Virus record (IMG/VR): IMGVR_UViG_3300023202_000068 | Span: 32,001 to 96,000 of that record | DNA: 64,000 nt | Reading direction: 5' to 3' (one strand) | From: a virus | Shown: positions 1-8,564 of the stretch, piece by piece | Layout of the letters: every line of letters starts with the position of its first letter | Position numbering within the stretch: the first letter of the stretch is position 1 | Translations under genes and position numbers: made by a program | Notes under the pieces: generated by a model | What the model was told of the DNA's origin: nothing | What the model saw: only the letters and a program-made list of their open reading frames with translations | Database searches by the model: none

Positions 1-2
1 AA

Positions 3-1655
3 GGTGATACAGTACACTTATCTCACGGTATCACAGATAGTAAGCGCGGTGGAGAAAAAGTACATACTGATAAAAAATACGTAGTACATAACGAATCCAA
101 AGGTGGATATAGACAATCACACTGGGTAGTTCCTGAAGGTGAAAAAGATACAAGTAAGGGTAGGTACCACAGAAGTGACAGACTCCACCCTGTAAAGAAA
201 TTTGAAGTACAGCTTAAAAAAGACGTTGGAGCCCTAAAGTTTCCAGGTTTAAAAGACATTACTACAAGACCAGATCAAGAGATTAACTCAATTAGTACTG
301 ATCGGCAAGCAGACATTGCTACTAAGCAAATCGTTGAGAGAGAGAAAAGAGTTAGACCTGAAGCTGCAGAGGCTGTAGAACAAGAAGCCGGAAGAGCTGT
401 TAGAAGCTTAGTTCAGAAAAAACCTAAAAATATATTAGGTAAGCCCAAGAAAGCTAAGGGAACATTTGAAGGTATAGAGGGTGATAGGCAAGCGGCTAAG
501 TCTCAGATTAGAGAGGCCAAGGCAAGACAGGAAGATAAAGATTTTTCAGAGCCAGGGGCTCAAGGCTTCTTAGTAGAGCAGCGAGTGCCAGATCAGAAAG
601 ACTTAGGCTTTGTCCCTGAGAGACACGCAGGCGGTCCAGTACAGCAACACGAAGGTCATCATCACCTGTTTAGCGAAGTATCTAGAAAATACGGTCCAAG
701 TGCTAGGTACAAACTTGTTAATCACTTATTGAAAGAGTTACCTGGTCAAGATATTGAAGACATGAAAGATCATTTAAGGTTTACTTATGGATATGACCAT
801 AAAGATAGTAACTTTAATGAAGAAGTTTTGAACCACGCTAGGGATATACTTGTAAGCCCTAAATCAAGAGAGTCTTACTTAAAGTTTTTAGAAGAAAAAC
901 ATGGTCCTGCAAACACCCATGACAATAGAAGAACAATGGCTAGGGTAAAATCTGGTTGGAGAAAAGTACTTAATAGTAGTAAAAAAGTTACACCTGAAAC
1001 TTTTCAGGCAGAGGTGATTCCTTTTAAGAGTAAGTTAACGGCATCAGAAAAGGCGGTTATTGATATGCACAAAGCTACAAGCTTTAGATCAGCTATAATG
1101 GCTGGACTTGCAACTGGAGCAATGGCGACTAGTAGTAACGTCCAAGCAGGTATGACACAACCAGAGACACCAGTACAAAACACAATCACTCATGACCAGC
1201 AAGTGCCTGAAAATAACAAAAACCACATACTGAATGCAATACAGTTCGTAGAATCATCTGGTGGTAAAAACACCAATCATGAACGACTCCCTCAAGACTC
1301 CATCCATAGAGGAGAAAGGGCTTTTGGAAAGTATGGTTTAACACCCTTATTGATTAGAGAAACTATAGGTCAACACAAAGACTTATCTAGAAAATACAAT
1401 TCATTGCAAAATTTGCAAGGCGATCAGTTTCACGAACAAATGCAGCAACACCCAGAACTAGAAGAAATTATAGCATCACGTCATTACGATAGGCTTTCTA
1501 GAAAGTTTGGTCACGATCATCAAAAAATTGGCTATGCATGGTTGAACGGAATCACTGGTACTATGAAGGCACTAAAGCGTGGCGACGATATATCGGACCA
1601 CTGGCATGTGCAAAAAATTACAAACGCATACAATAAAGCAAAATCTGGTAAGTGA
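3..1655 (+). CDS. 5'-truncated multidomain virion protein: HExxH motif, hydrophobic segment and C-terminal lytic transglycosylase/lysozyme-like domain
   Basis: The frame of ORF 585..1655 is open back to position 3. Motifs: QQHEGHHH; AIQFVESSGG...AFGKYG (catalytic Glu-Ser of SLT-like folds) and AWLNG. Confidence 0.7.
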   Translation, partial: GDTVHLSHGITDSKRGGEKVHTDKKYVVHNESKGGYRQSHWVVPEGEKDTSKGRYHRSDRLHPVKKFEVQLKKDVGALKFPGLKDITTRPDQEINSISTDRQADIATKQIVEREKRVRPEAAEAVEQEAGRAVRSLVQKKPKNILGKPKKAKGTFEGIEGDRQAAKSQIREAKARQEDKDFSEPGAQGFLVEQRVPDQKDLGFVPERHAGGPVQQHEGHHHLFSEVSRKYGPSARYKLVNHLLKELPGQDIEDMKDHLRFTYGYDHKDSNFNEEVLNHARDILVSPKSRESYLKFLEEKHGPANTHDNRRTMARVKSGWRKVLNSSKKVTPETFQAEVIPFKSKLTASEKAVIDMHKATSFRSAIMAGLATGAMATSSNVQAGMTQPETPVQNTITHDQQVPENNKNHILNAIQFVESSGGKNTNHERLPQDSIHRGERAFGKYGLTPLLIRETIGQHKDLSRKYNSLQNLQGDQFHEQMQQHPELEEIIASRHYDRLSRKFGHDHQKIGYAWLNGITGTMKALKRGDDISDHWHVQKITNAYNKAKSGK

Positions 1656-1662
1656 CACTGGG

Positions 1663-1691
1663 TTGACACAAACCACATATGAAGATAAAAT
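1663..1691 (+). promoter_or_regulatory. sigma70-type promoter
   Basis: TTGACA-17 bp-TAAAAT upstream of ORF 1719. Confidence 0.7.
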
Positions 1692-1718
1692 ATAGTTGTA
1701 AGTTAACGAGAGAGTTTT

Positions 1719-1934
1719 ATGAACAGAAAAGACATTGCAGCACATAAAGCCTACGCTAGTACATTAGAAGTGTACGAGCTATCTGGTTTTATAAGACAGC
1801 TTCAAGCAGAAAAAGCAGAATTAAAACCACACATGGATGTTGAGAAATATGACTTTTTAATTAACGCCTATCTCGATGAACTTGTCTATCTTTCCCTACA
1901 GCAAAACCCTAGTCACAAAGCAAATATTCATTAA
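1719..1934 (+). CDS. hypothetical protein
   Basis: 71-aa ORF with its own promoter and a GAGAG RBS. Confidence 0.6.
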   Translation: MNRKDIAAHKAYASTLEVYELSGFIRQLQAEKAELKPHMDVEKYDFLINAYLDELVYLSLQQNPSHKANIH

Positions 1935-1948
1935 TCCCTAAAAACGAT

Positions 1949-1956
1949 AATCTTTA
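1949..1956 (+). promoter_or_regulatory. putative late promoter motif AATCTTTA
   Basis: Same octamer lies intergenically before virion genes at 1949, 3428, 8136, 8523, 13770 and 39925. Confidence 0.6.
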
Positions 1957-1981
1957 CAGATATAGTCTTTAGGAGGCATAT

Positions 1982-2506
1982 ATGGATATCAAGCCAGGTG
2001 AAGTCGAATCTGTAAAAATTATAGGTAACCTACACGGTAATGACGTTAAGATGGTCAAGACCCACGGTGGGTTTCACGTAGCAGTTGGTAAAAAGAAGAA
2101 AAACGGTAATAAAACCGAAGCCTTAGCCGCTGGATCACATCAAGCTATTGTTGCTCACCAAATTGCTAAAGAGTTTGGAACAGACTATCAACCAGCCATT
2201 ATGAAGTCTGAAGCCGATAGGCTTGAAGATGTCATGAATAAGTCTGAGCTTTTATCAAGCGAAGCGTTGGCTAAAGGTATTGAACTTTTTACACTTGAAA
2301 AAAACAACCATTACGACTTTGTCGTATACAAAAGAGGTATGACCCTAGGTAAGTATCAAGCTGAACTAGAGGGTAACACACTAAAGCTCACAAAGTATGA
2401 GTTCAACACGGCTCCTGATATGGATATAGCTAAGGCTGTGGCTAGAATGATTGAGGACAAGGCTGATGAACTAGGTGTCACTGAGATAGAAAAAGGTTGG
2501 TTGTAA
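1982..2506 (+). CDS. putative virion (head-associated) protein
   Basis: AGGAGG RBS, late motif upstream, K-S motifs (IMKSE, MNKSE). Confidence 0.5.
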   Translation: MDIKPGEVESVKIIGNLHGNDVKMVKTHGGFHVAVGKKKKNGNKTEALAAGSHQAIVAHQIAKEFGTDYQPAIMKSEADRLEDVMNKSELLSSEALAKGIELFTLEKNNHYDFVVYKRGMTLGKYQAELEGNTLKLTKYEFNTAPDMDIAKAVARMIEDKADELGVTEIEKGWL

Positions 2507-2529
2507 AGTTTTCAATTTAAGGAATATTA

Positions 2530-3426
2530 ATGTCCAAGAAAATTAAGACTATTATAGATACTTCTTCGATGCCAGAGGTTAAATTTAGCCTCGACGCACA
2601 GGAGAAGTTTGGTCGCAGTCGCGGTGTCATATTTGAACACTGGTCTGCTATACCATCCCCTATAGGACTCAAAGACCGTGGAGACTACCGAAGGTCAGAT
2701 ACGCTGGATACTATTTCAGAAAATGGCTTTATATATAAGAAGGTTGGTTGTTTTGTGGCGACCATTGTGGGTAACGGTCACCAGAATCAGCACAACGGTC
2801 CTGCAGAAGCCGGTATTTACGACAATAGCACAGCTAGAATTATCATACCCAAGTTTTATGAGGACACTGATCAAAAAAAAGAAATTTCTCTGCTTCCAGG
2901 CGACCGAATATACGCAAGAGATATAGAGCTGAATGTTGAGAACTATCAAAGGGCAGAATATAACCCTAACTCTTCGGACTTCTTACAGTTTCCAGCTAAA
3001 TGCGTTAGTAGACTGGTAGACTCAAAGGGTATTGAGTACACAGAGGGTAGAGATTTTAAGATCAATCGAGATGGAAATGTTCAATGGATATCTGGAAAAA
3101 AGAACCCTGGTATTGACCCAGAAACGGGCAAGGGCAGGATATACTCTATTAGATACGAGTATACAGCCTTCTGGTATATCCAGCAATTGATTAATGAGAT
3201 AAGAATTACCAATACCGACGACGCTGAGAGCCCAGCACGTATGCCATACCACGCTATGGTACAAAGAGAATATGTTTACCACAACCAGAACCGAAAAAAA
3301 CCTGCTGAAACTGAAGAAAAAGTTACAAGAAAGACTGAGCCTACTCGTAAAAACCCAGAGCCTCGTGAAGATATTGAGCCTAACCAGCCAGAAGTACAGG
3401 TAGACCTGAGGAATTTCACAGAGTAG
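2530..3426 (+). CDS. putative neck/head-completion protein
   Basis: Position before the sheath; beta-rich; contains YTEGRDFKI...GNVQW...YSIRY, resembling neck proteins of large myophages. Confidence 0.5.
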   Translation: MSKKIKTIIDTSSMPEVKFSLDAQEKFGRSRGVIFEHWSAIPSPIGLKDRGDYRRSDTLDTISENGFIYKKVGCFVATIVGNGHQNQHNGPAEAGIYDNSTARIIIPKFYEDTDQKKEISLLPGDRIYARDIELNVENYQRAEYNPNSSDFLQFPAKCVSRLVDSKGIEYTEGRDFKINRDGNVQWISGKKNPGIDPETGKGRIYSIRYEYTAFWYIQQLINEIRITNTDDAESPARMPYHAMVQREYVYHNQNRKKPAETEEKVTRKTEPTRKNPEPREDIEPNQPEVQVDLRNFTE

Positions 3427-3427
3427 C

Positions 3428-3435
3428 AATCTTTA
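3428..3435 (+). promoter_or_regulatory. putative late promoter motif AATCTTTA
   Basis: Intergenic copy before ORF 3461. Confidence 0.6.
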
Positions 3436-3460
3436 AGGTGTAATTTATAGGAGTTACAAG

Positions 3461-3937
3461 ATGTCACAAAAAGTAAAAGATCCAATTAGAACGATTAGAA
3501 CACGTGCTGATTTAGCAAAAAAAGATATGATTAAGTACAATGACGCTGCAGGTGCAGACAAGGTATTTATCATTGAGCCTCCAATTAAAAGAGCCGTCAC
3601 AGGTGGAGAAGCTGTTGGTCCTGGTAAATATGTAAAAATTACCAGTGCAAACTATACGCTCGACTTAGTAGGTAGAGCTTACGACAATTCTAAAACTTAC
3701 AGAAAGGGTGATATTGTTTCAGAAGGTACTGACATCTACCGTGCAAACGTAGACATCCTTGAGCCTGAAGCTTTTGAAGCCGATAACTGGGTTAAGGTCG
3801 CACCAAAGCAAATCGCAGCTATACCAGCACCATCTGGGGCTGTAGTAACTACTGGCAGATACCACAACACTGTAACAACTGCTGGTTTCTTGGTTGATGA
3901 TGATTCTGAAATATCATTTCAATCTGTGAGAGACTAA
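3461..3937 (+). CDS. virion protein with CBM5/12-like aromatic module
   Basis: AYDNSKTYRKGDIVSEGTDIYRA...NWVKV resembles carbohydrate-binding module 5/12. Confidence 0.5.
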   Translation: MSQKVKDPIRTIRTRADLAKKDMIKYNDAAGADKVFIIEPPIKRAVTGGEAVGPGKYVKITSANYTLDLVGRAYDNSKTYRKGDIVSEGTDIYRANVDILEPEAFEADNWVKVAPKQIAAIPAPSGAVVTTGRYHNTVTTAGFLVDDDSEISFQSVRD

Positions 3938-3938
3938 C

Positions 3939-4829
3939 ATGTTATCTGCTAAGGATATCAAGGTCGTTCAAAGCATTTTAGGCGATGATATCTTTCAGAC
4001 TCTAGAAAAGTCTGAAATTAGCGGTGGACTATATAAACCTGGAACTAGAACTGCTTTAGATCCAGAAGAAATCAAGATTGCCTTAGAAATTGTTCCTAGA
4101 ACAATTTTGTCTTTTTTGATGGGACAGTTAAAAAATAAAGAGGTTGGTGAAATTTGTAAATGTGACCTTCCTTTCGAACCAGGCGCTATGATGGAGTGCC
4201 ATAAGCTTGGACCAGACAATTATTCTGGTCAAATTATCAAAGACGGTAAAGTTTGTGCAGAGTTTAAGCATAGATCTATACCAGGGGTGGGTTTAATAAT
4301 ACTAACAGCTTTTGAATTATATGATATATCTAACTTAGACCGTAAAAAAGCCTCTGAGTCAGATGAAAAAATAGAAAAACTACAAGACATCATTAATCAA
4401 AAACTGGAGTTACAAAGACTTGTTCAAGACGTAGTCGATAGAAGGATGTCTGAAAGAGCCGCAATAGACTCTTTAATACAGGCACGCTTAGGGGAGCACA
4501 TTGCATCAGTACAAGCACCGACTGAAGAAAAGGAAGAACCAACCATGGAAAAGAAAAGTAAGCTCAAACAATTTCTAGAGAGTCGAGAAGGTAAGAGACA
4601 AGAGTCTGTAGAAATGGAAAAAGGTGAAATTAATTGTCCTGATTGTGGTACGAATATTTACAAAAATGAAAAGAAAAACGAGATTAACCTATGCCTCTGT
4701 TATGGAGAGCATATGAATAAAGGCATTAAGTTTAAAAAATCAGAAGACGGTAGGGTTCAGTTTAAGTTTCCTAAGTCTTTTGACATTGAAAACGTAGAAA
4801 TGCTTTTAGACGCAATTAAGAAACAGTAA
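3939..4829 (+). CDS. putative head-associated protein with coiled coil and C-terminal Zn ribbon
   Basis: CPDCG...CLCYG; LEKSE and FKKSE motifs. Confidence 0.5.
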   Translation: MLSAKDIKVVQSILGDDIFQTLEKSEISGGLYKPGTRTALDPEEIKIALEIVPRTILSFLMGQLKNKEVGEICKCDLPFEPGAMMECHKLGPDNYSGQIIKDGKVCAEFKHRSIPGVGLIILTAFELYDISNLDRKKASESDEKIEKLQDIINQKLELQRLVQDVVDRRMSERAAIDSLIQARLGEHIASVQAPTEEKEEPTMEKKSKLKQFLESREGKRQESVEMEKGEINCPDCGTNIYKNEKKNEINLCLCYGEHMNKGIKFKKSEDGRVQFKFPKSFDIENVEMLLDAIKKQ

Positions 4830-4840
4830 CGGAGATTGAA

Positions 4841-6049
4841 ATGCAAGAAATATATGTAGCTATCAACGGTGACGATGTAGGAAATTCAATAGGTTCCGCT
4901 ATTGCTTCTGACGATAGGGAATCACTTGGCTCTACAACCTCCACTTTAAAAGATATACATTCGCAAATTGACCAGTGGGTTGAGCAGTGCGGTGGTGAAG
5001 TTGTAACTTCTTCAGGAGATGAAGGTATCTATAAGGTACCACATGAGTGTGCTGATCACCTAGAGGATATTCGAAGTGAGTATCAAGAGCACACAGGGCA
5101 CACATTGACTATTGGTGTTGGCCAGAGCATGTCTGAAGCTGCCAAAGCTTTGATCTATGGAAAAATGAACAACAAAGACCAGATTGTAGAGTATGCACCT
5201 GAAATGGACGAAGCTATTTCAAGTGAAACTGGTGAAATGGGCACTCAAGGATACGAGCAGCAAAACGAAGGTAAACTTCCTGCAGAAGAAGAAATGTCTT
5301 ATCAAAAGGAAAATGCTGCTCAGCAAGAAGCTAGTATGGCTGAAGAGCCCGATGAAGACATGGTTGAAGAAGACGGTGAAGGCGAAGCTGATAAAGATGC
5401 CGAAGAGATCATTGAAGAAGCCTCTAATGACCCAGAGCATGAAAAAGACATGACTCCTGAAGAAGAGCGCGAGCATGATGCTGCAGAAAATGAGCTTGAT
5501 GAAATGGATGACGATATCGTTGAAGCCGATGAAGAGGCTAATATGGAAGGTATCGACGGCGAAGCTGGTGAAGAAGACATGCAAGTTGATGAAGATGAGA
5601 ATATGGAAGAAGAACCTGAAGCTGACGAAGGTGATCACGAAGATTTATTAGCCGAAATGGTTCATGCTCATATGTCTGGTGAAGAAGATGAAGAAATGCC
5701 AGAAGAAGAGATGATGGAAGAAGAGGTGCCTGAAGAAATGCCAGAAGAAGAGATGATGGAGGAGGACCAATACAGTGACGAAGAAATTGAAAACTTACGT
5801 GCTGATATTGCTCATTCTTTAAACTCCTTTAAGGCAAATAGAGAAATGATCTTGCAAATGCAACAGGCAAGTCCTGAAATGTACGAGAGCTTAATGGTAA
5901 TGCTAAGATCTATGATCGCTATGGGTAGACATATGGGTTTTGACGCTGAACAGGCTGCTGATGAACAAATGTCTGAAGCACAGGCACAAGAAGAAATGCC
6001 TGAAGCTGCTCCAGAAGGTCAACCAATGGCGATGTCTGAAAAAAAGTAG
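4841..6049 (+). CDS. mCpol (minimal CRISPR polymerase/GGDEF-like palm) domain protein with long acidic C-terminal region
   Basis: First ~118 aa: YVAINGDDVG...SSGDEG...TLTIGVG.SMSEA.KAL.YGK..NKD, matching the mCpol pattern as I recall it; followed by ~280 aa rich in E/D/M. Confidence 0.7.
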   Translation: MQEIYVAINGDDVGNSIGSAIASDDRESLGSTTSTLKDIHSQIDQWVEQCGGEVVTSSGDEGIYKVPHECADHLEDIRSEYQEHTGHTLTIGVGQSMSEAAKALIYGKMNNKDQIVEYAPEMDEAISSETGEMGTQGYEQQNEGKLPAEEEMSYQKENAAQQEASMAEEPDEDMVEEDGEGEADKDAEEIIEEASNDPEHEKDMTPEEEREHDAAENELDEMDDDIVEADEEANMEGIDGEAGEEDMQVDEDENMEEEPEADEGDHEDLLAEMVHAHMSGEEDEEMPEEEMMEEEVPEEMPEEEMMEEDQYSDEEIENLRADIAHSLNSFKANREMILQMQQASPEMYESLMVMLRSMIAMGRHMGFDAEQAADEQMSEAQAQEEMPEAAPEGQPMAMSEKK

Positions 6050-6090
6050 CAGGGGTAGGTCGTGGACCTAAAGATCCCATGAGCCTACCC
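6040..6090 (+). promoter_or_regulatory. candidate programmed -1 ribosomal frameshift signal
   Basis: A_AAA_AAG (6040-6046) directly before the TAG stop; 6 nt later a stem GGGTAGG (6053-59)/CCTACCC (6084-90); the -1 frame is open into ORF 6079..6354. Confidence 0.75.
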
Positions 6091-6354
6091 GACAAAGCCG
6101 CCAAAAAAATACCTAAAAAGCAAGCTCCAGTTGGTGCACAACGCGGTAATAAGCTTAAAGTATTAGATGGTGACACAGGTAAAGTTAGGTGGAGAAAAGG
6201 TACTAAGGGTTTCTTGAGAGACTATGACGGTGACCCTGTTAGTACAAATTACACGGCTAGGTATTTAAAACCTAAGCCAAAACACAGCCCACATATGGGG
6301 GGAAAGCGCAGACACGATCCACACATGGGTGACCGAGACGGCGCTTATCAATAA
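6079..6354 (+). CDS. basic polypeptide, probably made as the -1 frameshift extension of the mCpol protein
   Basis: K/R-rich; its own ATG lies inside the hairpin and lacks a good SD. Confidence 0.6.
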   Translation: MSLPDKAAKKIPKKQAPVGAQRGNKLKVLDGDTGKVRWRKGTKGFLRDYDGDPVSTNYTARYLKPKPKHSPHMGGKRRHDPHMGDRDGAYQ

Positions 6355-6362
6355 GGGATAGA

Positions 6363-7124
6363 ATGGCAAACTTTGATTTATTATTTGAAATAGATGTCGA
6401 AGATATGTCAAAAGATCTCGGTGAACTCAAAGAGATGATGCAAAAAGATCTCACCGAGGGAGTCCAGGCTGTCGCTTCTATGACACACGCAAAGACACTA
6501 GAGCTTGCTAGAGACGAGCTTAATAGTCTATCTTCAATGTACCAGGACAACGTAGAATTTGAACATCCTGAAAAAGGAATGTGGGTAGTTACGATTAAAA
6601 ATCCAGCTATGTGGATTGAAGAAGGACGTAAGTCCGGTTTTATGGAAGAGCTGTTGAACGGCAAGTCCAGTAAAGTCAACGCCAAGGGTGAAAGATACGC
6701 AGTTATACCTTTTAAGCATAATAAGAATCCAAGCGAACAGTCGGCTAAAGCACAAGAGTTAGCTGGACAGATTAAGTCTGCTATGAAAGATAAGGGATTA
6801 AGTGTAAAAAAACTTGAGCTTAATCAAGACGGTAGCCCTCGTATTGGCAAACTTCATTCTTTTAATGTAGAAAGTGCAAGACTTAAGCCTCACCATAAAG
6901 ATCCTGCTACTTACGGCGTTAGTGTTTATCAAAATAAAATGCCTGACGGTACCGTGAGAAGAGATGTAATGACTTTTAGAGTGATTACGGAAAAACACAA
7001 AGAAGAGGGCAAGTGGGTTCATCCAGGTAGACAGGGCTCTAAGATTCTTGATAAAGCTTTTGATTGGGCTATGCAGACTTGGGAGCGAGAAATTCTACCA
7101 GGAATATTGGAGAGTTATAAATGA
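6363..7124 (+). CDS. putative neck/tail-completion protein (HK97 gp10-like)
   Basis: AMWIEEG...RYAVIPF...FRVI...WVHPG pattern typical of myophage neck proteins; synteny. Confidence 0.55.
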   Translation: MANFDLLFEIDVEDMSKDLGELKEMMQKDLTEGVQAVASMTHAKTLELARDELNSLSSMYQDNVEFEHPEKGMWVVTIKNPAMWIEEGRKSGFMEELLNGKSSKVNAKGERYAVIPFKHNKNPSEQSAKAQELAGQIKSAMKDKGLSVKKLELNQDGSPRIGKLHSFNVESARLKPHHKDPATYGVSVYQNKMPDGTVRRDVMTFRVITEKHKEEGKWVHPGRQGSKILDKAFDWAMQTWEREILPGILESYK

Positions 7125-8134
7125 GACCATATCCTTGCATAACAGGTATTTTTCAAGGTGACTTGATCATCAAGACTGCTATTGAGCTGTCCATTGAAGA
7201 CATACGAAAAAAACCATGGCTTATAGAAGATATGTTCGGCAGCCTTATTGAAAACCCATACCTAAAAGTCAAATATGGTATGAAGGAAATAGACAGGGCT
7301 AAAGAGTTTCTATTAAACAATGACATACCAGTATACATGAGACATAGAGTTGATAAGCAAGAATTTCCTTGCGTAACCATATCTATTGGTAATTCTCAAG
7401 AAGACAAGTCTCTAGCCACTCTAGGTGATCAATCCCCATATTTTGAAGAGTACGGAGCTGATGAGATCGGACAGCCTATTAAATACATTATACCACCTTT
7501 TGATCCGGTATCATATGATACTGCTACAGGAATTATAGAGGTACCAGAATCTGTTACAGACTACAGATTTATTAGTGAAGGTATGGTAGCTGTTGACCCT
7601 GAAACTGGTAATGGCTACATTATACAGGGTAAGGCTGGAACCAACGGTTTTCGAATATCCACTGGAGCTAACATAGCTGGTAGACTAGGGGTTGTGCCTC
7701 AGTTTCAAGTGTACAGGGCTAGACGTGAGCGTGCAGGTTCACAGGAGACATACAACATTGGATGCCATACACATGGAGACCCATCTACAGTCATATTTCT
7801 ATATGCTCTTGTAAAATATTCACTATACAGATACAGAGAAGGTCTGATAGAGGCCAGCAACTTTCAACTATCCAATCTTACATCTACCGATATGATTAAG
7901 AACGGAGCTTTTGATGTTGAAAATGTCTACTCTCGATTTATTACACTGAGTGGGCAAGTTGAAGAGAGTTGGGTTAAAGCCCCACACCGGAAGATTGAAG
8001 CTGTAGATATTATAGATCCAACAGAAGATGAAGGCCTTAGACAAGGTATTAAGATATTAAGTAACAGTGAACCTCCTAACCAGGATGAATGTGAAATGGT
8101 AAGGGTAATAGAAGATGAAGATTCGAATGAATAG
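7121..8134 (+). CDS. putative tail terminator/tail-completion protein
   Basis: FPCVTIS motif and YSRFITL near the C-terminus; lies upstream of the sheath. Confidence 0.5.
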   Translation: MRPYPCITGIFQGDLIIKTAIELSIEDIRKKPWLIEDMFGSLIENPYLKVKYGMKEIDRAKEFLLNNDIPVYMRHRVDKQEFPCVTISIGNSQEDKSLATLGDQSPYFEEYGADEIGQPIKYIIPPFDPVSYDTATGIIEVPESVTDYRFISEGMVAVDPETGNGYIIQGKAGTNGFRISTGANIAGRLGVVPQFQVYRARRERAGSQETYNIGCHTHGDPSTVIFLYALVKYSLYRYREGLIEASNFQLSNLTSTDMIKNGAFDVENVYSRFITLSGQVEESWVKAPHRKIEAVDIIDPTEDEGLRQGIKILSNSEPPNQDECEMVRVIEDEDSNE

Positions 8135-8135
8135 T

Positions 8136-8143
8136 AATCTTTA
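8136..8143 (+). promoter_or_regulatory. putative late promoter motif AATCTTTA
   Basis: Intergenic copy before ORF 8174. Confidence 0.6.
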
Positions 8144-8173
8144 TAGATAACGAGCTATGTAGGTGATTTTTCT

Positions 8174-8515
8174 ATGAAAAACGATTCAAAAAACGATAAA
8201 ATTTACAATGACACAGATCTTGTGAAGGCTATCTATAAGACAATTCAGAAAAAAATGAAAAATCGTCACTACAAAGATGATGCCCAGGAAATCATACGTG
8301 ATGTCCTTGACCCTAACTATGTAGCTGAAGTAGACCCAGACGAGGTTCCAGCAGGTAAAACTAATATTACCATGAAGTCTGATAAGGGTGTTGATAAGTT
8401 GAAAAAATTTCAAAAAAGTAAGAAAAGTAAGAAGAAAGGCAGATGTTGGGACGGCTATGAGCCAACACCTGGTAAAAAACCATGTAGTGAAGGTTCATGT
8501 CGTAAAAAGAAGTAA
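8174..8515 (+). CDS. small basic virion protein with C-terminal CWDGY...C motif
   Basis: RCWDGYEPTPGKKPCSEGSC; late motif upstream. Confidence 0.5.
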   Translation: MKNDSKNDKIYNDTDLVKAIYKTIQKKMKNRHYKDDAQEIIRDVLDPNYVAEVDPDEVPAGKTNITMKSDKGVDKLKKFQKSKKSKKKGRCWDGYEPTPGKKPCSEGSCRKKK

Positions 8516-8522
8516 CAATTCT

Positions 8523-8530
8523 AATCTTTA
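8523..8530 (+). promoter_or_regulatory. putative late promoter motif AATCTTTA
   Basis: Intergenic copy before ORF 8565. Confidence 0.6.
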
Positions 8531-8564
8531 CTAGTAGCTGGTAACAAATATAAGGATAGCAAAT

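Noticed and set aside
5219-5638. Hydrophobic minus-strand ORFs opposite acidic genes (also 8760-9011)
   Set aside because: Antisense shadows of GAA/GAT-rich coding sequence, without RBS.
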